A stretch of DNA of 63,811 nt, counting the filler, from Ministeria vibrans ATCC 50519 (lineage: Eukaryota > Protista > Filasterea): NCBI GenBank assembly GCA_943704425.1. It is 5 parts of 5 records of this genome, joined end to end, with 100 filler letters (N's around TTAATTAATTAA, not from the genome) between each part and the next. Parts side by side here need not be neighbours in the genome. Positions count along the whole stretch, not along the records: positions 28,934 to 38,465 come from CALSCP010000503.1; positions 38,566 to 52,798 come from CALSCP010001660.1; 3 more parts are not named here. One strand, written 5' to 3'. Below the pieces are notes generated by a model that was not told the origin of the DNA, did no database searches, and saw only the letters and a list, made by a program, of their open reading frames with translations. Positions 36,511 to 50,883 of the stretch are shown piece after piece (position 1 is the stretch's first letter; each line of letters opens with the position of its first letter). A program made the position numbers and the translations under genes.

Positions 36511-36741
36511 ATTATCACGCATCAGTGATCAGTGATTAGAACGATCAGTTAGTCATCAACGACAACGTGATTATGCGATCAAACAATGATTCTAACTTTT
36601 GAAGCTGTTTCACACATTATTTTTTGTTGTTGCTTTTCGTTCGAGAAAATATAATAATAATAATAATAAATTTTATTCAGACTTTTTTTTCCTTACTGCT
36701 TACATAATACATACCCTCCTCCCCATCACTACACTTCAAAT

Positions 36742-38465
36742 ATGAACACGGAACCCCGTGAGAACACCCCTCCATCGCCCAATGTGATGCGCGCTCAGAC
36801 AACAAAAGGTACAAATTTCATTCGACACTGATTCGCCTCCTCCGCACAAAACAGCCGCGGATGTTCCACTAAACCCTTGGAAGCAACACACATTGATGTT
36901 TTCTGACTCAACGAGTCTCGATCGAGAGTGGAGAAACGCTCTTCAGCGTTGGACAAACTCTTTGTTTGGCCATCTCCAAGCATCTCATCCGCGCCCTTGT
37001 TTCCTGCTCGCACGCTCCCCTCCGCCCTCCAGTTGACTTCTATGCCTTGGATACGTCGCCCTCACCCGTCTGGATGACCTGCCAACACCCACAAGGCTCT
37101 GCGTGTGTTGCTTGAAAAATGTCGCGGAATTCTATTGACCGCATCCGGGCTCTCTATTCCACTGCACCACACCTCTATCTACACGAAATGCATGCACTAC
37201 TTGCTGTGTTGTCCCCCCCCCTTTTTTTTCCCCATTCGCTTCATTTGTTCTGTTTCGCACTTTTTCGCTCAACCACAATTTGAATTTCAAATTTTATGAA
37301 TCTCACTTTCTGCACCGTTTCCTGCAGTGTCGACGCCGCCCATGAGTGCCATGTCAACAGCAACTGTCACAACGGCAACAACGACAGAAACCGCGGGCGC
37401 AGTCGCAACCACGGAGTCCAAGAAGAGCAAACTCAAATTCTCCACTGCAGACCACTGTGCCGCCACCGACATCTTCTTCTACGACCACTACTGGGACCTG
37501 TTGACGTTCCTGTCAAAGCGGCGCGAGCGAACAGCCAAGTTTGAGGCGTACATGAGCAGCGCCGAGTGCGACTTGAGCGAGGCGGAGAAGGCGTATGAGC
37601 GCGCGCGCTACTTTGGGAAGGAACGCGCGCTGATGCGACGCCGCCGTTGCCGCATGCGCTTTGCCGACTTCATTGTGTACGCGCAGATTGGTCAGGGTGG
37701 CTATGGCGAAGTGTACCTCACCAAGAAGCTGGACACAGGCGAGATTTGTGCGCTCAAGCGAATGCGCAAGAAGACGGTAAAGCGCGCTAAGTGCAACCAA
37801 TAATTAAAAAGATCGAGTCTCGTTGACACTGACTTCGCGCTCTACCACTACTACTATTACCAATTCTCCTACAGCTTGTGAAATCCAACGAAGTATACCA
37901 CATTCGCAACGAAAAAATGGTGCTGAGCACGGCGAACAGCGAGTGGCTGGTCAAACTGCTGTACGCCTTCCAAGACAACGACTCGGTCTACCTCGCGATG
38001 GAGTTTGTCGCGGGAGGAGATGTGCGAACGCTGCTGACGGACCATGGGTGTCTGCACGAAGACAAGGCCGTCTTTTACATGATGGAGATGCTCCTTGCCG
38101 TCAACGCTCTGCACCAGCTCGGCTATGCCCATCGCGATCTCAAGCCTGAAAACTTCCTGATTGACCAGCGCGGTCACATCAAGCTGACCGACTTTGGACT
38201 GGTCAAAGGAGAGCTCAGCGAAGAACGCAAAGCAGAATTCCGTGCCCGAGTCGAGCAAGCACGCAACACTGCAGTCAACGCAACCTACTCGTCCTCACAA
38301 GAGCGCCGGAACCTCATGCGCAGTGTGCGCATCAACGACCCATCGCGCGCATTGGCCTTTTCAATGGTAGGTTCTCCTGAGTATATGGCCCCTGAAATTC
38401 TCGAGAACAAAGGTATATTCATAAAACTGATACTCAGAGTGTATTCGATTATTATGACGTTGTTT
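36742..38465 (+). CDS. NDR/LATS-family AGC kinase, Dbf2/Sid2-like; 3'-truncated by gap
   Basis: Mob1-binding N-terminal region 'FFYDHYWDLLTFLSKRRER...KERALMRRRR'. Kinase motifs 'QIGQGGYGEVYL..KLDTGEICALK', 'HRDLKPENFLID' and 'DFGL', with a long activation-loop insert ending 'AFSMVGSPEYMAPE'. Confidence 0.88.
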
Positions 38466-38565
38466 NNNNNNNNNNNNNNNNNNNNNNNNNNNNNNNNNNN
38501 NNNNNNNNNTTAATTAATTAANNNNNNNNNNNNNNNNNNNNNNNNNNNNNNNNNNNNNNNNNNNN

Positions 38566-38604
38566 ATCATATCATTCGAGAAAACGAATAGAGTAGTGAG
38601 GCAG

Positions 38605-38639
<35 letters not shown>

Positions 38640-40009
38640 AAGTGATATATTATAAGAGTGAAGAAAAGAGACGTACAGTATCTGTGGTTGGGTAGGAGAA
38701 CAAAGGAATATACTGGTAGCGGGGACCCTCGTGCGAGAGCACATGTTGACGGATGGCAGAAACGCTCATTGAGCAGTTGCTAAAGGACTGTGTATGCGGA
38801 GGATGAGCAAACAACAACGAAGGAAAAATGTTACCCTAGATTGGGCAGTGAGGAACTCCTGCTCCTTTGTCTTGAGAAGGTCAACCAGCGCAGGAATGCT
38901 AAAAACAGCAGCGACTACATCGTGGAAAAGCAGCGCATCCTCGCACGAGCTCATCTGCGAATACGCCAGGGAGCGTCGCAAAAAGTCCCCTTGCAACTGA
39001 GTAAAGGCGCAAAAGTGCTCCAGAACATACCTAAGAAAGAGATTATAAAAAAGCAAGGGGAGGAAAGGATAATTATGTAAAGAGAGAGAGAGAAAGAAGG
39101 GGGAGAGAAACAAAGTCATAGAGAGAGAAAGGAGGGGGAAGAAACAAGTGATACAGAGAGAGAGAAAGGAGGGAAAAAAAAACAAAGTGATAGGGAGAGA
39201 AAGAGAAAGGAGGGGGAAGAAACAAAGTGATAGGGAGAGAGAAAGGAGGGGGGACAAACAGAAAGAGAGAGAGAGAAGGAAAAGGAGGAGGATGAGGAAG
39301 GAAGGGAGAGAGAGAGACAAAGGTATAGAGTGAGAGAGAAATAAAGAGGGAGAAAAAAAACGAAGTGATAAGGAAAGAGTCGTACGCGCTCCAGCGGGGC
39401 AGTAAGGACTTGTCTTGGGCAAGGGGAGATTCTCTGGTCTCGACAAGGTACTTCCAGGGATTGATGACAATGCGGTAGAGTGCGTTGATGCGACGGAAAG
39501 CCGAGTCGTTGGTGGGCCAGTGTTGCACAGCAAGACGAAGAAAGCGGTAGGAGGGAACATTGATGGCCTGCGCAACCGCAAGAGCCAGCGACAGCGAGTT
39601 CGCCAGTTGCGGCTTCGTCGAGCTCGGCTGACTGAAATCAAAGCCATCTACACCCAATTCACCCGGATCAGAACGATCGTCAGAAAAATGCCCAGTGCGT
39701 CGTACTGCGGATCATGGATGCGCTTGGGGGGGTCATGGGGGTCTCTGTGCCCGCTCGGAACGCATCACCGCGAGCTCCTCTGCGTTGCACAAACGAGCCG
39801 GTTCGAATCAAAAAGGCCTCCATCACATACACCTGACGCTGGCTCTGGATCGATAGCACTGCACAAACGGAAAGTGAGTGAGAGAGAGGACGAGAGAGCG
39901 AGTGAGCAAGAAAATGTAAGGGAGACACATCGACAGGAAGACGCAGGGACAGACAAACAGGAGGGAGAAAAAACCAAAGCAATAGAAAGACAGAGACATA
40001 CAGTTGATG

Positions 40010-40046
<37 letters not shown>

Positions 40047-40751
40047 TGTGTGTATCTGTGTGTGTATGTATGTGAAAGAACAGCGTGAAAAAGAGACATA
40101 TAACTTTCACTTCGTGTTGTTGATTGGAACTTACTGTTCTTGTGGCCCCTTCGTCGATCTAACAGAATCGCAAATAGTGTCACATGTTATTCTTTCTCCC
40201 TTAGTATTAGGGATAGTTCATGTGTGTCATCATTACCGGCTTTAAAGTCCAAAAGCGACTCTTCCTGACGAAACCAACACTCAACAACAGATTGAACGAA
40301 GAATATGCTCAACGACTCGTTTTCACACACAGCACTACAACAAAAACAAGAAAAACAATAATGATTAAATTTATTAGATTATCAATTTCAACCTAAATAA
40401 TGAGCTATAAAATACGTCTTGATAAAATAATAATAATAATTATTATTATTATTATTTTATTATTGTTAATAAATTATTATTATTATACCTTTTGAGGTCT
40501 GACGTCGAGTGTGTATGTGAGGCAGGCATAAGGTGCGCAAAGAGGTTTTTGATGCGACGGGGAGAGGTTTGAGTTGCGGGAGAAGGCAGAAAGAAGGCCA
40601 AATAGTCATTCAGAAGAGTCTCGTACAGAGACGGGTCCGTAGGGAGGGTATCACAACGGTGGTCCTTGGCAATCTGGCCGTCTGGTAGTTGCCATATAGA
40701 AAAAGAAGAGATCGAGCGAAAGAGAAAGGAGAGGGAAAGAGAGAAAAATAA

Positions 40752-40830
<79 letters not shown>

Positions 40831-41563
40831 TACAGAGTAGAAGAATGGAAAGGTGTAGTGTACCGGGTGTGGCTGTGAGCGCAGACACAAAGCAGAAGTA
40901 GTAGTACTATAATGCAAAGTAAAAGAAAAATAAGACGTAGTATGACTGAGAGTCAGCTTCTCCTCGTCATATCGTTCTTCTTCTTCTGTTTGTGGGTTCG
41001 TACCTCGACAACATTGAAGGTGATGGCGTCAATGGCGTCGTGTGAGAATGCGTCGGACGAGCGCAGACGGCCCTGAAGCAACGGATTTGTGGGGTTGCTC
41101 ACGCTCGAAAAGAGTTCTCTCTACGGCGATAGTTGTCGTCACACAACAACGTCCTTTCCTTCTTTTCAGTTCTACCTGGGTGGCGGCTGGCAGTTGCTTG
41201 ATGGGAAATTCGACTTCCTTGTCCGCAAACCAAGTGAGTATTTGCAAAAAATAGCCTATGATCAACGAGTGGTGAGCGAACGGCCCACAAGCAACGCAGG
41301 CCTACCGTTGGGCGAGAGGAACTGGCGGAGAGCCTGGAGGACGTCGAGGGAGGTGACCTCGGCGAACCAGCCGCCGGTGGAGCGGACGCCGTCGTGGAAG
41401 CCAAAGATGGAGCTGACAAGCTGAGGGAGGAAATCGTGGAAGGCGCGGAAGTCTCCCTTGTTCTGGATCGTCTGGAGGTACGCTTGGAACTCGCGGCATC
41501 GTTTCGGGAGCGGCGTGGTGTTGAGATAGGTTCTGAGCATCTGTGAGACGGAAAGCGCCAATG

Positions 41564-41650
<87 letters not shown>

Positions 41651-41785
41651 TGAATGAGATGAGTGAAAAATTTGAAAAGGGCACTGCAACTCATCAAACC
41701 TGCTCGGGCGGAGTTCTCGCCTGGGCCAGGGGATGGGCCGACGGGGACGAGGACGGGCGCGTGCTGGGTCGCTGCACCGTGTCAT
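38566..41785 (-). CDS. SMPD4: Sphingomyelin phosphodiesterase 4 (nSMase3)-like, multi-exon; 3' end likely truncated
   Basis: 'FLPQLVSSIFG...GGW', 'FLSPNG', 'EFPIKQLP' and 'YRFLRLAVQHWP..SAFRRI..LY...INPWKY' parallel SMPD4 conserved blocks. The start codon is uncertain. Confidence 0.75.
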
Positions 41786-42007
41786 AGCTTGACGAGACGG
41801 TTCTCTTCTGCGTTCGTTGCATTGTGTGGACCGGGTGACTGCAGACGCCCCCGCGCACTCTCAAGAGTCAAGACTGAAGGATGGGTGCAGAACAAACAAA
41901 AAAAATTCACAGACTCAGACGTCAAACAGTGTGAAACGAAACAGTCAGACACTAAAAATTAAAATGATCGACGATTCATCAGACCATATTTTTAATTTTC
42001 ATTTGAA

Positions 42008-43105
42008 ATGGGCGCTGTGATCTCGGCCATTATGGCAGTTGTGGCATGGGTGCGGAAGTGGATACGTCACATGGTGCGACGTCGGCGTGTGCTGCGCACG
42101 TACGAGGAAGCCGAAGGGGTTGCGGGAGCGGCTGCGCCCGGCGCGCCCTTCACGACGACCGTCACGGATGCGCGTGCGGACCAGCTCGAGCGGGCGCTGG
42201 AAATGAAGCGCGGCATCGTCGAGGGGCTGCAGACGGCAGGGGAGCGCGACGAGGATCCCGAACTGTGGGCGTTTGCCAATGTGTGGCTTGGCCTGGCGCT
42301 GTGGCTGAGGGCCAAGGGCGACCGTGCGCTGAACCTGCGCGAGGCAGCCGCCTGCTTTGAAGCAGGCCTCACTGTGTTCACCCAGTCACGCGATGCTGTC
42401 CACTGGGCGGCGTCCTACAGCAACCTGGGGATGGTATGGCGAGAGCTGGGCGAGTCGCGCAAGGCGCTTGAGTGCTGCAATAAGGCGCTCGAGGTGAACA
42501 CGCGCAGTGCAAACGAAGAGGACTGGGCGTCGGGCCACAGCAACGCTGGTCTGGCACTGTGCGACTTGGACGACGAGGACCGATCGGAACACCTCGAAGA
42601 GGCGATTCGACGCTTCAATTTGGCCCTCGAAGTGCGCACTCGCGACGACTATCCCGAGCTGTGGGCACTCACAGCGTCGCATCTGGGCACTGCGTACATG
42701 TTGCGCATCGAGGGAGACCGACGAGAGAATGCGGACGAGGCCATTGCATTGCTCAACTCGGTACTTGCGACCCGCTCGTACGAGTCGCAACCATTGCTCT
42801 GGGCCGACGTGCAGTTCCACCTTGCGACGGCACATGTAATGCGCGCCAGTGCAGTCGATGCTCAGGGCAGTGCCGACGACCGCCAAGTGCGCGCCGACGA
42901 CCTAGACGCCGCCATTCGTCACTACGAGGGTTCTTTGCGCGTCTACTCACTCGAACGCTTCCCTCTGCAGTGCATTGCGGCACACGAGAACCTCGCCAGT
43001 GCCTACGAGAACCGTCTCAATGGCGATAGAGCGCACAACATCCAATCGTGCACTGAACACCGCGACTTTGTGGCCGCTGCACGTCGCACCGCAGATCTTG
43101 ACTAG
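42008..43105 (+). CDS. Intronless TPR-repeat protein (type usually associated with CHAT-domain proteins)
   Basis: Repeats of 'NLxEAIxxFxxALEVxTRxxxPxxWAxxxxNLG...GDRxxN'. N-terminal MGAVIS followed by an amphipathic/basic segment. Confidence 0.8.
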   Translation: MGAVISAIMAVVAWVRKWIRHMVRRRRVLRTYEEAEGVAGAAAPGAPFTTTVTDARADQLERALEMKRGIVEGLQTAGERDEDPELWAFANVWLGLALWLRAKGDRALNLREAAACFEAGLTVFTQSRDAVHWAASYSNLGMVWRELGESRKALECCNKALEVNTRSANEEDWASGHSNAGLALCDLDDEDRSEHLEEAIRRFNLALEVRTRDDYPELWALTASHLGTAYMLRIEGDRRENADEAIALLNSVLATRSYESQPLLWADVQFHLATAHVMRASAVDAQGSADDRQVRADDLDAAIRHYEGSLRVYSLERFPLQCIAAHENLASAYENRLNGDRAHNIQSCTEHRDFVAAARRTADLD

Positions 43106-43233
43106 GAGAAGCAGTTTCCCACACAACACACACACACACACCACCACCACCACCACCATCCCCAACCAATAAAGTTTAATAATTGATACTGTGTTTGTAT
43201 AATATTTTTTTCTTGGTGGTTACAAATTGTTTG

Positions 43234-44833
43234 TTATTGGAATAGAGGCCTGGCAATGGGAAGCCATCGGTGGTCCCAACGGACCCGGGCGACGGCACGA
43301 GCGCCGGCACGCAGACGGGCGAGAGCAGCGGGAGTGGTGAGGAGGCGCGTGAGGGCAGTGTGGAGAGCGGGGGCAGTCGTGAAGGGGACGCCATTATCGT
43401 CAGCGCGTACCAGCTCAGGGAGCGCCTCAAAGGCAACAGCACACACTGGCAGGTGGGCGCCAAACATGTCGACGACCTTCATGGGCAGATCAACGCCCGA
43501 CGAGGAGCGGTGCAGTGACACGCCCACGTCGGCCGAGCCCAGCAGCAGCGGATAGTCGCCCGGTGCGAGCCAGAGCGTCACAATGCGGACGTGGTGCAGT
43601 TCAAGACGTGCAATGAGTGCCTCGTAGTGCGCCCGTTGCGGTCCACGGCCCGTGATGGCACATACAATGCGCGGCAGTTTCGATGTGCGCGCCGCCTCCT
43701 TGTCGTACAGCACAAGCGCATCCAGCAGCAGAGAAAAGTCTTCGTCTTCCGTCCAACTTGTGCTGCTCACAATGAGCGCTTCGCGAGCGGGAACTCCCAT
43801 CGCATCAATCAACGGCCACACTGCCACGTCCTCGTCATCTGCGTCGTTGCGTCGAATCTCCTTATGGTCGTCGTCGTCGGCGGCGGTGACATTGGCAACA
43901 CCATATGCTTGCGCCTTGACGGCTGCTGCTTTGGCCAGACCTGCCAGACGCGAGAAAACCTTGTCGGACTGAGCGAGGCGAGCAAGAAGAGCAGCACGTT
44001 CGGCGGCGCTGGCGCGATGGAACATGGGTGGCGGTGAGTCGTGCAGTGCCACCGCATCAATGCCGCCCCAATTGTCTTTGAGATCGCGTCGCATCGCCTC
44101 CGTCACACATAGATGTGCGTCACCGAGTCGACCCCACATACGTTCATAGAGGCGCGCGAGGCGCGTCGACCAATGCCGCTGGCCTGTCTTCATGGCGAGA
44201 ATGGTGTAGCCGTAGTTGTGCCAGTCGATCACGAGACGCGCGCCCATAAGCCAGGCTGCAAGACGTGCTACAACCAGCGTGGGAATCGATGGAGGATTCT
44301 GCACAAGGATGGCACGCGCAGGGCCGGCGCGGATCAACAGCGCCCAGAGCAGCTCGCACACCTGCAGGACAATGCGCCGTGGCGCATGAAACAGCAGAAA
44401 CCTCCACCGTGGGACATCTACACAGCGTTGCCAGGCGGCCAACGAGGGGAGAGAGGAGAGACGGGGGTCAGCGGGGCGGCTGGGGAGTGCGTTGGCGTAC
44501 TGTCGGGGCGGTGGGGCGCGTGCAGTTGGACGTGGCGGAATGCTCGGTGGTCCGCCAGCTGCGCATGGACGCGCGAGCCGCCATACGCGACGGCAACCAC
44601 GTCGTCGACGCCCTCCATCGCCGACAGCGACATGCAGTGGTACTACGAGCGGCCGTTGAGCGGCGTGTCGGCCCACGGCAACCCCTCCTCACCTGCATGC
44701 GCGGCGATCGCCCCAAGTCGCCCAGCACAACCACAGCAACGCGTTGGCTTCGCCGTCGACACCGCAGTACCATAGAACATAGTGCGGTACACGCTAAAAG
44801 GCCGGCAAACGCCACACAGATTGTGTCTAGCAT
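43234..44833 (-). CDS. ALG1: Chitobiosyldiphosphodolichol beta-mannosyltransferase
   Basis: 'VVVLGDLGRSPRMQYH', 'LVQNPPSIPT', 'IDWHNYGYTIL', 'VSSTSWTEDEDF' and 'SSSGVDLPMKVVDMFG'. Two short introns near the 5' end. Confidence 0.95.
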
Positions 44834-44966
44834 TGAGTTAATGTGTGTTTTGTCAAATCACTCAATACTTTGACAAGTCAAAAGTTCATAATAATTATTA
44901 TTATGATTATGATAATGATCAAAAGACAAAAATGGTTACTTCTTTTTTGTTTGTCAGCGACGGAAC

Positions 44967-47427
<2,461 letters not shown>

Positions 47428-47631
47428 TATAAATTATAACCAAAATGATTGTTACATCTTCGTGTCATGCGTATTGTTTGTTGAAAGTTCTTCTTTTCAT
47501 TATCAGGCTTTCATTCAGTTGCAAACAATAGAGAGAAAAAAAAAGAGAAAAGAAAGAAAGAGGAGAGAAGCAAAGAAAAAAAAGTAAAACAAAAGGGAGG
47601 ATAGTGACATAGAAATACAACGAAAGGTGAG

Positions 47632-49695
47632 TTAGGTGGTGGCGGCGCCATACTGCCAGAGGGTGAGAGTAGCCACGACCCCTACGGCTGCCGCTGCCAA
47701 AGCCACGTCGCGCACAAAGCTTGTACTCTCCGTTGGTGACAGTCCTGAACGCGCCAGTTTTTCGTCGCTCTCCGACTCCTTTCCGTTGCGTGTACTAGGC
47801 AATTATTATAACGATGAGTTTTAAGCAATGTGAGTGAGTGAGTGAGTGAGTACGTGCGTGCGTGCGTGCGTGTGTGTGAGTGAGTGAGTGCGCGCGCGCG
47901 CGTGTGTGTGTGTGTGTGTATGTGAGTGTGTGTGTGAGTGTGTGTGAGTGAGTGTGAGTGTGCGTACATGTGCATTTCTGATGTATACATATTATATATA
48001 TGATGCGTGTGTGTGCTTGTGGTGTATGTATGATCTGTGTGTGCTTGGGGGTTTGGGGGGCAAGTGTGACTGTGTGGGTTCAAAATAAAAATGTGTACCT
48101 GCGATGCACAATGTAAGCGACAGAGACAGACACAAAGACAACGAGGTCCGTAAGCATGCGCAGCGCAGTGTACACAAAGCGGTGAGTAGCGCCCGATACC
48201 GCATCGCCGATAGGCACCCCGCGCCCGCCCCGCTCGACAACAAATGCACGGTTGCGCCACGCAATGGTGTTGCCGAGCATTGCACACACAAAAAGCGGCA
48301 GCTCAACCAGCTCACACACGACCCACAGTGCAAGCGCGTAGGGTGCTCCCGAGCTCGAGAAGACATAACGTGAAAACGAGTCTAATCGCCAGATAAGAAT
48401 CATATCGAGTGCGCACCAGAGCGCAATAAAGGACGCAACGCAGCTTAGGGGCGAAACGGCCGAGACGCCCAAAAACCAGACGGCCCATGCAAAAAGCAGA
48501 GACAGAGGAAAGCACTGCAGCAGTGGCTCAAGCGGCGTTTGGAATGGCATCATCGTCTTGCGCAGTCGCGTCCATCGGATTTGTCGAAAGAAGAAGGTGT
48601 CCAGTGGTCTCTCGCCAAAGTTCTACAAAGAAAAAAAAGTAATGTTGATTGCAACCGTATACACTTTGTTTTGTGCTCAAGCTGCGTCGATTGTACTTGA
48701 AAGGCAGGTTCGTGGGAGAGGCGAATGGTGTGTCCCGAGGCGACAATGGCTTCACCAATGAAAAAATCCTCAGCAATGTACTGGGCAAAGTGGCGGAGAC
48801 CGCCAAGAGAGTCTAGAAGGGAACGGCGCAGGAGAAAGCTCATGCCGTTGGCACAGTTGACGCCGAACAGATTGACAAAAAGATAGACACGTGCGTGCAT
48901 GGTTGCAAAGTAGATTGCCTCTAACAGACCCCCAATACCGGTCGCGTGTGCAATGGTGGGCAGCTGATGGACGAGTCCGACTTTCGGAGACGCCTGGTGT
49001 GCAGCGACGTTGACGGCCAGCGTGCCTGGACGTGCCTTGAGACCTGCGTCCGAGATCCATACAAGATCGTACTTGGCCTCGGTGTAGGCGCGATAGATGT
49101 TGCACAGCTTGGGGTTGTTCCCAATGTGCGTCTCTCGCGTAAACAGACGAATGTCGACACGGGGATAGCGAGTTGCCAGCTGCTCCACGACCTGCAGGGC
49201 TGCGTCGTCTTCGTCGCCCACACAAAACAGCACTTCGTACGTAGGGTAGTCCAGCACAAAGAACGACTCGAGGTTCTCGTACAGCAGTCCGTCAGCGCCC
49301 TACTCAAAAAAATTTCATTTTTTTTTTTGGAAAAGTTCACTTTCCACACAAGAGCGGCGGGAAAGACGCTACAGCGGACGCATTGGGAGAGAGACGCGGG
49401 TGGGATCGAAGCGGGGGCGGCAGCGTGGGAGACGCGGGAGGCGTGGTTTACCTTGAGCGGCTTGACAATGCTGACGGGCGGAAGTTGTGCGCGTCGGTCG
49501 GCAGCCAGCAGCGTCTTCGGGAGGGCCGCCGTGTCCTTGTAGTACGCAAAGCTAGAACGAGAACATGCAACACAGTCAATGGGGGCGCAGGCGCAGGCAG
49601 ACGCGGCACCTGGCGAGCACGGCGACAATGTGTATGGTGAATGCAACGCCCGCGATGCCGCACACCACAAGTGCCAGCACCGTCGCCGCGTCCAT
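47632..49695 (-). CDS. UGCG: Ceramide glucosyltransferase (GT21), multi-exon
   Basis: 'LPPVSIVKPLKG', 'YEVLFCV..EDD', 'NPKLCN', 'LVWISD', 'VGLVHQLP', 'IAEDFFIG', 'RQIRW' and 'TIAWRNRAF'. Confidence 0.92.
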
Positions 49696-49949
49696 GCTAT
49701 TCGCTTGCTATTTTTGCCGGTATTAATTGAGACTTGAGAGCGAATGAATAAATTTGAATCAAGATCTGGTTATTCTGGCCTGATAGTTGATACAATTACG
49801 TGATTCGAGCCAAATACATAGTATGAAATTATGAACCGTAATACTCAATTGTCAATACTCACATCTCAATAGAGTCAAATGTACATTACTTTTAACGGTA
49901 TGAGGTAAAAAAAAAAGTCTTATGGTACAATACGTTACAATTATTACTA

Positions 49950-50372
49950 TTATGACACAGATGCACTTGCAAAATCATTCGGGACATCGACCAGATCAGG
50001 TAGAAACGACGAGGCCTTGTCGACACGCACAGCACACAGCCGATCGCCTTGTCTCGTGATCACAACAAGGGCGCTTCGTACGCGCACCATGCTGTCACGG
50101 TGAGAGCGCAAAATGAACGAGGCTTGGCGTGGACGCCACCGCAGCAAATCGACTCCCAATGCGGCGCCAGTCTCGCCATGCAGCGATTTCAACGCAGTCA
50201 CTATCAGAAACTTGACTTGGCTGTCTGTCATGTCGTCGCCGCAGCCTCGGCCGTCAGCGTATTCCCTATTGAGAGCAGGTCAGCGAATGGCAATTTTCAT
50301 TTGCCATTTTCCGAACAGGTGGCAAAGTAAATAACGGTATTGTGGATCAACAGTGGTCATCAGCGACGCCAT
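49950..50372 (-). CDS. RPP14: RNase P/MRP subunit Rpp14/Pop5 family (2 exons)
   Basis: 'YRYLLCHL|EY...VKFLIVTALKSLHGETGAALGVDLL...FILR...VRSAL...CAVRVDKASSFL' aligns by eye to RPP14. Confidence 0.8.
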
Positions 50373-50762
50373 AAGTGGGAAGCATCCGTGAGTGTGGAAA
50401 AGAAGGTAAAAGTGATGAATACTGATGATGACTAATAATTAATATTATCATGAATTGATGAATGATGAGACATTGAGACTACTTTCTTTATTATACACAC
50501 ACATTTTCTACAATAGAATTTCAGCCTAACCAATAACCATGTTCGCTAGACGCTACATGCATCTTCGTAGGTCTGACGAAAGAATTATTCGATGGTACGA
50601 ATCGTTCTCGCCTGACGCTTCTCAAAGAATCAACTCATCACTCTCGTGTCATTTTTCAAAATAATTATATCTTTTATGTCACACTCTTTCTTTCCTTTCT
50701 GCCTTCTTGACACATTCATCGTCGCTTTGTTTGAATAAAACAACTCCTGGTCAGAGAATGTG

Positions 50763-50860
<98 letters not shown>

Positions 50861-50883
50861 TTTTGACTGCTCTAGACAGTCAC

